Source of the DNA: Saccharopolyspora erythraea
GTDB taxonomy: Bacteria > Actinomycetota > Actinomycetes > Mycobacteriales > Pseudonocardiaceae
Assembly (NCBI RefSeq): GCF_018141105.1
Contig: NZ_CP054839.1
Coordinates: 5,489,411-5,521,410, forward strand
Reading direction: 5' to 3'
DNA length: 32,000 nt
The translations under genes were made by a program, and so were the position numbers. Under the pieces are notes generated by a model. That model was not told the origin of the DNA. It worked only from the letters and a program-made list of their open reading frames with translations, and did no database searches. Every line of letters begins with the position of its first letter. Within the stretch, counting starts at the first letter, position 1. Shown here one piece after another: positions 7,857 to 19,800 of the stretch.

Positions 7857-10800
7857 TCATGCCTCCTGGTCCGCGGCCATCCGTTCTTGCAGGTGCTCGG
7901 CGAGCATCTGCGGGGTGGGGTACTCGAAGAGCAGCGCGGTCGGCAGCCGCAGCCCGGTGTGCCCGGACAGCCGGTTGCGCAGCTCGACGGCGTTGAGCGA
8001 GGTGAAACCGACCTCGAAGAACGCGTCTTCGTCGGCCAGGCCGCTCTCCAGGTTGCCCAGCGTCGTGGCGGCTTCGGACCGGACCAGCTCCAGTAGCGCC
8101 GCGAAGCGCTCCGGTTCGGCCAGGGCGTACCAGCGTTCGCGGAACGACGGTTCGCCGTCCTGCTCTCCTTCCGCCGCCGGGACGGCGATCCGCTCGCGGA
8201 CCTCGGACTCGGCGGTGCTCGACACCTCGGGCCAGTAGCGCCGGTGCTGGAACGCGTAGGTGGGCAGATCGACCCGGCGCGCACCGGTTCCGGCGAACAC
8301 CTCCGGCCAGTCGACGCTCGCGCCTCGCGCGTACATGGTGGACAGGGCCGTGAGCACCGTCGGCACCGCGGGGCGGTCCCGGCGCATGGTGGCCACGCAC
8401 TCGGCGTCCTGGCCCAGCTCGGCCAGCGACTCGGCGGCCATCGGCGTCAACGCGGCGTCCGGGCCCAGCTCGACGAAGGTCCGCACGCCCTGGTTCCACA
8501 ACGTGCGCACGGCGTCGTGGAACCGCACCGGCCTGCGCACGTGCTGCACCCAGTACTCCGGCGACGCCAGCTCCTCGGCGGACAGGACCTTGCCGCTGAC
8601 GTTGGACAGCACCGCGATGCGCGGCCGGTGGTAGGTCAGGCTCGCCGCCACCGCGCCGAACTCGTCGAGCATCGCGTCCATCCGCGGGGAGTGGAACGCG
8701 TGCCCCACCCGCAGCCGCCGGGTCTTCCACCCGCGGCTCGCGCACTCCTCGGCGACCGCTGCCACCACGTCCTCGTCGCCGGAGACGACGACCGAGGTGG
8801 GGCTGTTCACCGCCGCGATGTCGACCTGTCGCTCCCGGCCGGCCAGCAGCTCGGCGACGTCCTCCTCGCCGGCCTGGACCGCGGTCATCGCACCGCCTTC
8901 GGGCAGCGCCTGGATCAACCGGCCGCGACCGGCGACCAGCCGGGCGGCGTCCTCCAGCGACAGGACGCCGGCCACGTGCGCCGCGACGATCTCCCCGAGC
9001 GAGTGCCCGGCGACGAAGTCCGGTCGCACGCCCCACGACTCCACCAGCCGGTACAGCGCGGTCTCGACCGCGAAGAGGGCCGGCTGGGTGTAGGCCGTCA
9101 GGTCGAGCAGGCCGGGGTCGGTGGCGCCCGCGACGACTTCCCGCAACGGCCGCTCCAGGTGCGGGTCCAGCGCGGCGCAGACCTCGTCGAAGGCCTTCGC
9201 GTAGGCCGGGAAGCGGGCGTGCAGCTCCTCGCCCATCCCGATCCGCTGACTTCCCTGGCCGGTGAACAGCAACGCCAGACCGCCGCCGGCCACTCCCCGC
9301 ACCAGCTCGCCACCGGGCTCACCGTCGCGCAGCGCGGCCAGCCCGTCCAGCAGCTCACCGCGGTCACTCGCCAGGACCACCGCGCGGCGTTCCAGCCCCG
9401 CCCTGGAGGTGGCCTGCGAGAAGGCCAGGTCGACCAGGTCCGCGTCCGGCTCGTCGGCCAGGTGCCGGGCGAGCTTGTCGGCCTGACCGCGCAGGCCGGC
9501 CGCCGACCTGGCCGACAGCGGCACCGGGACAGGCGTGCTCACCTCGGTGCGCTCACCGCCTCGGACCTGTGCGCCGGCGGGGGCTTCCTCCAGGACGACG
9601 TGGGCGTTGGTACCGCTGATGCCGAAGGAGGAGACCCCTGCGCGACGCGGCCGGTCACCGGCCTCCCAGGGCCGGGGCTCGGTCAGCAGCGACATCCCGC
9701 CGGAGGACCAGTCGACGTGCGGTGACGGCTCGTCCACGTGCAGCGTCCTGGGCAGCAGGCCGTGGCGCATCGCCTGCACCACCTTGATCACACCCGCCAC
9801 CCCCGCGGCCGCCTGGGAATGGCCGATGTTGGACTTGACCGACCCCAGCCACACCGGCCGGTCGTCGTCCCGGTCGCGGCCGTAGGTGGCCAGCAGCGCG
9901 TCGGCCTCGATCGGATCGCCCAGTCGCGTACCGGTCCCGTGCGCCTCCACCACGTCGACGTCCGAAGTGGACAGACCGGCGTCGGACAGCGCCTGCCGGA
10001 TCACGTCCTGCTGCGCGGGTCCGTTGGGTGCGGTGAGGCCGTTGGACGCGCCGTCGTGGTTGACCGCCGAGCCGCGCAGCACGGCCAGCACCTCGTGGCC
10101 GTTGCGCCGCGCGTCCGACAGCCGCTCCAACAGGAGCAGGCCCGCGCCCTCCGACCACGCCGTTCCGTCGGCGCCCGCCGCGAAGGCCTTGCACTTGCCG
10201 TCGGGCGCCAGGCCCCGATGCCGGGAGAACTCGACGTAGTTGTCGAGGGTGGCCATCAGGGTCGCGCCGCCCGCGACCGCCAGCTCGCACTCCCCGCGCC
10301 GCAGCGAGTGCATCGCCAGGTGCAGCGCCACCAGCGAGGACGAGCACGCGGTGTCCACCGTGAGGGCGGGGCCCCGCAGGCCGAGGGTGTAGGCGATCCG
10401 GCCGGAGGCGACGCTGCCCGCCGTCCCGGTCATCAGGTGTCCTTCGAGCTCGGCGGGCGGATGCACGAACAGCTTGGTGTAGTCGTGGTTGATCACGCCG
10501 GTGAACACCCCGACCCCGGCACCGCGCAGCGCGGTCGGGTCGATGCCCGCGCGCTCGAAGGTCTCCCACGCGACCTCCAGCAGCAGCCGCTGCTGCGGGT
10601 CCATCGCCACCGCTTCCCTCGGCGAGATGCCGAAGAACTCGGCGTCGAACGCCGCGGCGTCCAGGAACGCGCCCCGCCGGACGTAGAAGCTCCCCGGGGT
10701 GTCCGGGTCCGGGTCGAAGGCGTCCTGGTTCCACCCCCTGTCCTCCGGCAGGTCGGTCATGACGTCCACTTCGTCGCGCAGCAGCCGCCAGAACTCCTCG

Positions 10801-13800
10801 GGCCCGCCTGCCGCGCCGGGGAACCGGCAGCCGATGGACACGATCGCGATCGGGTCGTCGGAGATCGCGCCGCCGGTCACCGCCGTGGCGACCGGTGCCT
10901 TCTCCACCTCGATGTCCTCGCCGACGACCTGGACGCGAATGTGCTCGGCGAGCACCGCCGGGGTCGGGTAGTCGAAGACCACGGTGGTCGACAGGCGCAG
11001 CTTCGTGGCGTCGTTGAGGCGGTTGCGGACCTCGACCGCGGTGAGCGAGTCGAACCCGGCCTCCTTGAACGGGCGGTTCGGGTCGATCGCGTCGGAGGTG
11101 GCGTGCCCGAGCACCGCCGCGGCCTCCTTGCAGACCAGCTCCAGCAGCATCCTGGTCTGCTCGGCCCCGGGGGCGTTCGCCAGCCGTCCGGCCAGGTCCG
11201 ACCCGGTCGCGGCCCGGCCGGCGACGCGCCGCCCCGGGCGGACCAGGCCCCGCAGCAACGGCGGCACCGGCTCCGACGACGCCCGCGCGCGCAGTGCCGG
11301 GAGGTCGAGCGAGACGGGCACGAGCGCGGCGTGGCCGGCATCCAGCCCGGCGTCGAGCAGGTCCATCCCGGTCTCGGTGGGCATCGGCTGGAGCCCGTTG
11401 CGCCGGTGCCGCGCGGCGGCGGTGTCGTCGAGCGCCGCCGTCAGGGCGCTCGTCTGCGCCCACCAACCCCACGCCAGCGACACCGCGGGCAGTCCGGCCG
11501 CCCTGCGCCGCTGCGCGAGGCCGTCCATGAAGGCGTTGGCCGCGGCGTAGTTGCCCTGCCCCGGGTTGCCGAACACCCCGGCCGCCGACGAGAACAGCAC
11601 GAACCAGGCCAGGTCCAGGTCAGCGGTGAGCTCGTGCAGGTTCAGCGCGGCGTCGACCTTCGGGCGGAAGACCGTGGCGATCCGCCCCTCGTCGAGCGCG
11701 GAGATCACCCCGTCGTCGAGCGCGCCCGCCGTGTGGACCACACCGGTGAGCGGGTGGTCCGGCGGCACCGCCGCCAGCAGCCGGGCCAGCGACTCGCGGT
11801 CGGCGACGTCGCAGGACTCGACCGAGACCCGGGCGCCGAGCCGGGTGAGCTCCTCCGCCAGCTCGGGGGCGCCGGGAGCGTCCATCCCCTGCCTGCCACA
11901 GAGGATGAGGCTCCGCACGCCGTGCTCGGTGACCAGGTGCCGCGCGGTTTCGGCGCCCAGCGTGCCGGTGCCGCCGGTGACCAGGACGGTGCCGCCTGGC
12001 TGCGGCGCGCGGGGCACGGTCAGCACGACCTTGCCGACGTGGCGGGCCTGGCTGATGTGGCGGAACGCCTCCGGTGCCCGCCGGACGTCCCAGACGCTCA
12101 GCGGCGACGGCGTGATCGCACCCGACTCGAACAGCTCCACGAGGTCGGCCAGCATCTGACCGGTCCGGTCCGGTCCCGCCTCGTAGAGCGCGTAGGCCTG
12201 ATACCGGACACCCGGGTGGGCTTCGGCGACCTGCCCGGCGTCGCGGGTCTCGGTCCTGCCGAGCTCCAGGAAGTGCCCGCCGCGGGGCAGCAGCGACAGC
12301 GACGTTTCGGCGAGCTCGCCGGTCAGCGAGTTCAGCACCACGTCCACCCCGCGACCACCGGTGCGTTCCCGGAACAGCTCGCCGAACTCCGCGGTGCGGG
12401 AGGAGGCGATGTGGTCGTCGGTCAGGCCGAGGGACCGCAGCGCGTCCCACTTGCCGGGGCTGGCGGTGCCGAACACCTCGGCGCCCCAGTGGCGCGCGAG
12501 CTGGGTGGCGGCCATGCCCACGCCGCCGGCGGCCGCGTGCACCAGCACGGACTGGCCCGCGCTCAGCCCGGCGAGGTCGCGCAGGCCGTAGTAAGCGGTG
12601 AGGAACACGACGGGCACCGAAGCCGCCTGCTCGAACGACCAGCCCCACGGGATGCGGGCCAGCAGGCGGCGGTCGGTCACCGCCTCGGTCGCGAAGGCGC
12701 CGTAGTCGCCGACCACACCCATGACCCGGTCGCCGGGAGCCAGGTCGGTCACGGCGTCGCCGACCTCCAGCACGACACCGGCGGCCTCACCGCCCAGGCC
12801 GTGCCGTACCCCGAGCATGTCCAGCGTGATCAGCACGTCCTTGAAGTTGACGCCCGCCGCGCGCACGGCGAGGCGGACCTCGCCGGGTGCCAGCGGCGCC
12901 GGGTCCTCCGGCAGTGCGACGAGCGCGAGGTCGGCCAGCGAGTCGCCGCCGTCGGCGACCTCCAGCCGCCAGGAGCGGCCGGGCGCCGCCAGTTCATCGG
13001 AGTGGCCGGCCAGCCTCGGCGCGTGGAAGTTCCCGTCGCGCAGCGCGAGCTGGGGCTCGTCGGCGGGCAGCGGCGGCAAGTGGCCGTCGAGGCGGTCGGC
13101 GTCGACGATCGTGATGCGCCCGGGGTTCTCCGACTGCGCCGAGCGCACCAGACCCCACACGGCCGCCGCGGCCAGGTCGCGGACCTCGTCGGCGTGGTGG
13201 ACCGGCACCGCGCCCCGGGTCAGCAGGACCAGGTGGCCGGACTCCAGCACCGGTTCGGCGAGCCACCGCTGGACCAGTTCCAGCACGCCGGCCGCGACCG
13301 CCCGCACCCGTGCGGGGTCGGTGTCGTCGGCTTCGGGCTCCACCCTCGCCAGCACCACCCCGGGTACCGGGCTTCCGGCGTCCAGTGCCCGGACGAGCGC
13401 GTCCACGCTCTCGTGCTCCGGCAGCTCCGCGGGCCCCCAACCCGTGCCCAGCACTGCCGAAGGGGTGGCCGCGTCCCCGTCTGCCTGCGGGACCGGTGTC
13501 CACGCCGTCCGGTACATCGGAGCGCGTTGCGCGCTCCTGCCGGCGGCGAGCTTCTCGTCCGGAGCCGGGCGCAGGACCAACGACTCGATGGACGCCACGG
13601 GATGTCCCAGCGGATCGGCAAGGCTGACCGAGATCTCGTCCGGACCCGAGGCCACCGCGCGCACCCGCAGCTGCGAGGCGCCCGAGGCGTGCAGCCGGAC
13701 ACCGCGGAAAGCGAACGGCAACCGCAGCTCGCCCGCCGCGTCGTGGCGCAGCTTCACCGAGTGCAGCGCGGCGTCCAGCAGTGCCGGGTGCAGACCGAAC

Positions 13801-16800
13801 CGCTGCGCCTCGGCCGCGTGGGCGTCCGCGAGCGACACTTCGGCGAAGAACTCCTCGCCGCGCGCCCACGCCGCGCGCACGCCCTGGAACGCCGGGCCGT
13901 ACCCGTAGCCCGCGGCCGCCTGGTTCTCGTAGAAGCCGGTCACGTCCACGGGTTCGGCGCCCTGCGGAGGCCACTGCTCGAAGTTCGCGTGCGGGGCCTC
14001 GCCGGTGGCCGCGAGGAACCCGGTGGCGTGGCGGGTCCACGCCTCGGACGGGCCGTCGTCGGCCCGGGAGTGGATCGCAACCTGCCTGCGTCCCCCGTCA
14101 TCGACCCCGGAGACGCTCACCTGCAACCGCACGCCGCCGGTGGCGGGCAGGAGCAGCGGCTGCTCGATGACCAGTTCTTCGACGACGCCGTGGCCGACCT
14201 GGTCGCCGGCGCGGACGGCCAGCTCCACCAGCGCGGCACCGGGCACGATCGGCGTGCCCGAGACCGCGTGGTCGGCCAGCCACGGATGTGTTCGCAGCGA
14301 GAGCCGTCCGGTGCACAGCACGCCGCCGGACTCCGGCAGCGCCACGACTGCACCGACGAGGGGGTGGTCGGCTTCCTCCAGACCGGCCGTGCTCACGTCA
14401 CCGGTCTGTTCGGAGGCTTCCAGCCAGTAGCGGCGGTGCTGGAACGCCTGGGTCGGCAGCTCCACGCGACGGGCGCCGGTGCCCTCGAACACGGCGGTCC
14501 AGTCGATCGGCACACCCGCGACCCACAGCCGGGTCAGCGAGGCCAGGAAGCGGTCGAGTCCGCCGTCGTCGCGGCGCAGCGACCCGGTGACCACGGTGGT
14601 CACCGGCTGCTCCCGCCGGTCCAGGCCATCCTGCACGCTGGTGGTCAGCACCGGGTGCGAGCTGGACTCGACGAACGCCCGGTAGCCCTGTTCGGCCAGG
14701 GCGTCGACCGCCGCCCCGAAACCCACCGTCCGGCGCAGGTTGCGGTACCAGTACTCGCCGTCGAGCGCCGCGGTGTCCAGCCACTGCCCGTCGACCGTGG
14801 AGAAGAAGGGCACCTCCGCGGTGTGCGGCCGCACGTCGGCCAGCACCTCCAGCAGCTCCTCGCGGATGCGCTCCACGTGCGAGCTGTGGGAGGCGTAGTC
14901 CACCGGAATCCGCCTGGCGCGGACGTCCTCGGCCTCGCACTCGGCGAGCAGCTCCTCCAGCGCGCCGGGCTCGCCCGCCACCACGACCGAGGTGGGCCCG
15001 TTGACCGCGGCCACCTCCAGACCGGGGCGCAGCCGGTCGGTGACCCGGTCCAGCGGCAACGACACCGACATCATGCCGCCGTGGCCCGCGAGGCCTCGCC
15101 GGATCGCCTGGCTGCGCAGGGCGACGACCTTCGCGGCGTCCTCAATGGACAGCGCCCCGGCCACGCACGCCGCGGCGATCTCGCCCTGCGAGTGACCCAC
15201 GACGGCATCCGGCGTGATCCCGTACGAGCGCCACAGCTCGGCGAGCGAGACCATCACGGCGAACGAGACCGGCTGCACGACGTCCACCCGTTCCAGCGAG
15301 GGAGCCCCTTCCCGCTGCCGCAGCACGTCCCGCAGGGACCAGTCGACGTGGGGTTGCAGCGCCCGCTCGCACTCGGCGATCCGCGCCGCGAAAACCGGGG
15401 ACGAGTCCAGCAGCGCGGCCCCCATGCCCGCCCACTGCGCTCCCTGTCCCGGGAAGACCATGGCCAGCTTGCCCTCGACGCCCGCGGAGTCCGCCACGAC
15501 CTCCTGCGGCCGCTCACCGGCGGCGAACGCGTTCAGCGCCGCGACCGCGTCGGCCGGGTCGCCTGCCACGACCGCCGCCCGGTGCTCCAGCGCCGCGCGC
15601 GTGGTGACCGAGGAGAACCCGACGTCCGCGGGCCGGTGGCCGGGACGATCCGCCAGGAACGAAGCCCACCGGCCGGCCTGCGCCCGCAGCCCGTCGGCCG
15701 ACCGCGCCGACAGCACCCACGGCACCGGGGCGGTGCTCCCGGCCTCCTCGGGGGCCGCGTCCGGCTCGCCGGCGTGCTCCAGGATCACGTGCGCGTTCGT
15801 CCCGCTCACGCCGAACGAGGACACGGCCGCACGACGGGGGCGGTCCAGCTCCGGCCACGGCCGGGCCTCCCGCAGCAGCTTGACCGACCCGGACGACCAG
15901 TCGATCCGGGAGGACGGCTCGTCCACGTGCAGGGTCCTGGGCAGCACGCCGTGCCGCATCGCCTGAACCGCCTTGATCACACCGGCGACGCCCGCGGCGG
16001 CCTGGGCGTGACCGATGTTGGATTTCAGGGAGCCCAGCCACAACGGCTGGCCGGCGGGACGGCCCTGGCCGTAGGTGGCCAGCAGCGCCTGCGCCTCGAT
16101 CGGGTCACCCAGCCTGGTGCCCGTTCCGTGCGCCTCGACCGCGTCGACCTCCGCGGCCGACAGCCCGGCGCTCGCCAGCGCGCGCCGGATCACCCGTTCC
16201 TGCGCGGGACCGCTCGGCGCGGTCAGGCCGTTCGACGCTCCGTCCTGGTTGACCGCCGAGCCGCGCACCACTGCGAGCACCTGGTGTCCGTTGCGCCGGG
16301 CCTGCGACAGCCGCTCCAGCACCAGCACGCCAACGCCCTCGGCCCAAGCCGTGCCGTCGGCCGCCTCGGCGAAGGCCTTGCACCTGCCGTCCGGGGCCAG
16401 GGCGCGCTGCCGGGAGAACTCCACGAACGACGTGGGCTTCGCCATGACCGCGACGCCGCCGGCCAGCGCCAGCTCGCACTCGCCGTCGCGCAGCGCCTGC
16501 GCGGCCACGTGCAGCGCCACCAGCGAGGACGAGCACGCGGTGTCCACCGTCACCGCGGGGCCTTCCAGACCGAGCGTGTAGGAGACGCGGCCGGAGGCGA
16601 CGCTGCCGGAGTTCCCGGTGCCCAGGTAGCCTTCCAGGCCCTCCGGGACGCGGCCGAGATCGCTGGCGTAGTCGTGGTACATGACGCCGGAGAAGACCCC
16701 GACATCGGCGCCGCGCAACGAGTCCGGGGCGATCGCGGCGCGTTCGAGGACCTCCCACGAGACCTCCAGCAGCAGCCGCTGCTGGGGGTCCATCGCCTCC

Positions 16801-19800
16801 GCCTCGCGGGGCGAGATGCCGAAGAACTCGGGGTCGAAACCGGCCACGTCGTCGAGGAACCCGCCGTGGCGCACGTAGGACTTGCCCGCCCGGCCCGGAT
16901 CGGGGTCGAACAGCTCCTCCAGGTTCCAGCCCCGGTCGCCGGGGAAGTCGCCGACCGCGTCGCCCTCACCGGCCACGAGGTCCCAGAGCTCCTCGGGAGA
17001 GGACACCCCGCCCGGCAGGCGGCAGCCCATGGCGACGATGGCGATCGGTTCGTCGGAGTGCGACACCACCCGCGCATCCGCGGCTGCATTCGAAGGTTCC
17101 CCGCCGAACAGCAGCGAACGCAGGTGCCGGCCCACCCTGGCCGGCGTGGGGTGGTCGAACGCCAGCGTCAGCGGCAGGTCGAGACCGGTGCTCGCGGTCA
17201 GCCGGTTGCGCAGCTGCACGGCGGTGGCCGAGTCGAGGCCGAGGTCGCGGAAGGCGCGGTCGGAGGGGACGGTCGCGCCGTCGGGCATGGCGTAGAGCCG
17301 GGCGACCTCGCCGCGCACGAGCTCCACCAGCGTCCGGCCCTGCTCCTCGCGCGACAACGGCGCGAGCCGCTCGCGCAGTTCGGACGCCGTGCCGTCGTCG
17401 GGCGCATCGACCTGGACCGGCACGTCGATCAGGTCCCGCAGCGCCGGAGGGAGGGACCCGGACCCGACCGCGGTCGAGTCCAGCCGCAACGCGAGCACCG
17501 ACGTGCGGTCGGCGAGGTGCGCGGCGTCGAACATCGCCGCGTGCTCCCGGCCGGTGAGCCTGCCCAGGCCGGCGGGCACGGACCAGTCCTCGTGCTCGCC
17601 CGGTCCGAGGACCACCGAGAGCGCGGGCAGTCCGCGTGCCGCGCGATGCCGCGCGACGGCGTCGAGGAAGACGCCGGCAGCCGCGTCGTCGGCGCTGCCG
17701 GCTCCGCCGAGCGTCCCGGCGGCCGAGGAAAGCAGCACGAACGCCTTGAGACCGGTTTCCAGGGCCAGCTCGTGGAGGTTGAGCGCACCGTCCATGGTGG
17801 ACAGCGCTTCCCGTCCGGCACCCGCGGCGAACACCACCGCGGCCGGCCGGTGCCCGGCCAGCAGTCCCGCCAGCGCATCCCGGTCGGCCACGTCGCAGGC
17901 GGCCAGCGCGACCGACGCACCGGCGGCGGTCAGCTCCGCGTGCAGCTCCCGGGCCGCGAGGTCGGCGTCCCCGCCGCGGCTCACCAGGAGGAACCGGCGA
18001 ACGCCGTGCACGGCGGCCAGGTGCCGCGCCACCGTCGCGGCCACCGCGCCGTCGGCACCGGCGACCAGCGCGGTGTCCCGCGAGGTGAGCTGCAACGGGC
18101 GTCGTGCGCCTCCGGTCGCGGCCACCCGGTTGGCGCGGGGCCGCAGCGCCACCCCGGATCGCAGCAGGAGCTCGGGTTCGCCCGAGGAGACGGCATCGGC
18201 CAGTGCCGCCGCCGAACCGGCGGCGGGTTCGAGGTCCACCAGGACGACACGTCCCGGGTGGGCTGCCCGCAGGGCGCGGACCGCGCCCCACACCGGCGCC
18301 GCGACCAGGTCGGGCACCTCGTCGTCCGGCCCGGCGGCCACCGCCGCCCGGGTCACCACGACCAGGGTGCCCGCCGAGAAGCGCTCGTCGCCGAGCCAGG
18401 ACTCCGCCTGCTCGGTGACCACCCGGACGCGGTCGCGCGCCTCCTCAGCCGGCGACGCGGCTCCGCCGGCGGCCGTGCCCGCCACCTGGAGCACGGTGAC
18501 CTCCGGGGCGGACTCCGCCGAGTCCACCGACTCGGCGAGCTCGTCGGTGTCCGAGTACCGGTCGACGGATCTCCCCTGCGAAGCGAGGGAGTCGGCCACC
18601 CCGAAGACGTCCGGGCCGACGACGGCCCACTGCTGGGCCGCGGCCCTTGCCTGCGGGACGGTCGGCAGCGGGAGCCAGTCGAGCTGGAAGAGCAGTTCGT
18701 GCCGCGCGCCGCCTGCGGCCCTGAGCCTGGCGGGCCGGTCGAGCAGCACGTGGCGGGTGATCTTGCCCGACGCCGTCCGCGGGATCCGGTCGATCTCGTA
18801 GAGCTCCTCGGGCACCTTGATGTAGGAGAGCTGCTCCCTGCACACCGCCAGCAGGTGCTCGGGGTCCAGCCCCTCGGGCCCCGGGACCAGGAACGCCACC
18901 GGGACCTCGCCCAGCACCTCGTGCGGCTTGCCGACCACGGCCGCGTCGGCCACGCCCGGTACCGACCGCAGCACGGCTTCGACGTCACCGGGGTGGATGT
19001 TCTCCCCGCCGCGGATGATCAGTTCCTTGATTCGGCCGCTGATCGTGAAGTAGCCGCTCTCGTCGCGCCGCGCGAGGTCGCCGGTGCGGTACCAGCCGTC
19101 GTGGAAGACCGCGGCGGTGGCCTCGGGCTGGTCGTGGTACCCGGCCATGACGCTCGGGCCCTGGACCCAGACCTCGCCTTCCTCGCCGGTGGCGACGTCG
19201 ACCAGGGTCTCCGGATCCACCAGCCGGACGCCGAGACCCGGAACCGGCAGTCCGCACGAGCCCTCGACCCGCGCACCGGTCGGCCAGTTGATGGTGATCG
19301 ACCCGCAGGTCTCGGTGCTGCCGTAGGCATCCAGCAGCGGGGCGCCGAATGCCTGCTCGAACGAGCGCCGCAGCGCCGCGGTGGTGATCGCCCCGCCCAC
19401 CAGGCACATCCGCAGGTCCGGCAGCGAGAGCCGCTGCTCGCCCGCCGCGCGCACCAGGTGGTGGTACATCGTCGGCACCCCGGCCAGGAACGTGGTGGAG
19501 TCCTCGCGCAGCGCGTTGAGGACCTCGTCGGCCGAGAAGCCGTCGAGCACCCGCGCGGTGGCCCCCACCGCGGTCACGCCCAGCACGCACGCGATGTGGG
19601 AAAGGCTGTGGAACAGCGGCAGCGGCCAGAGCACACTGTCCTCTTCGGACAGTCCGGGGATCGGCACGTAGCAGGCCGCGACCGACCACAGGCAGTTGCG
19701 CTGCGAGGACAGCACGCCCTTGGGCCTGCCGGTGGTCCCCGACGTGTAGAGCATCCAGGCCGGAGCGTCGAGGGGCAGGTCGTCCCGGGCGGGAGTCGCC

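Noticed and set aside
12592-12594. Possible bldA-dependent TTA codons (TAA triplets on the plus strand within minus-strand genes, for example 12592, 24978, 31939)
   Set aside because: Each one checked is out of frame (for example GCT-TAC-TAC, GTT-TAC-CGG, GTT-ACC). The scan was by eye and not exhaustive.
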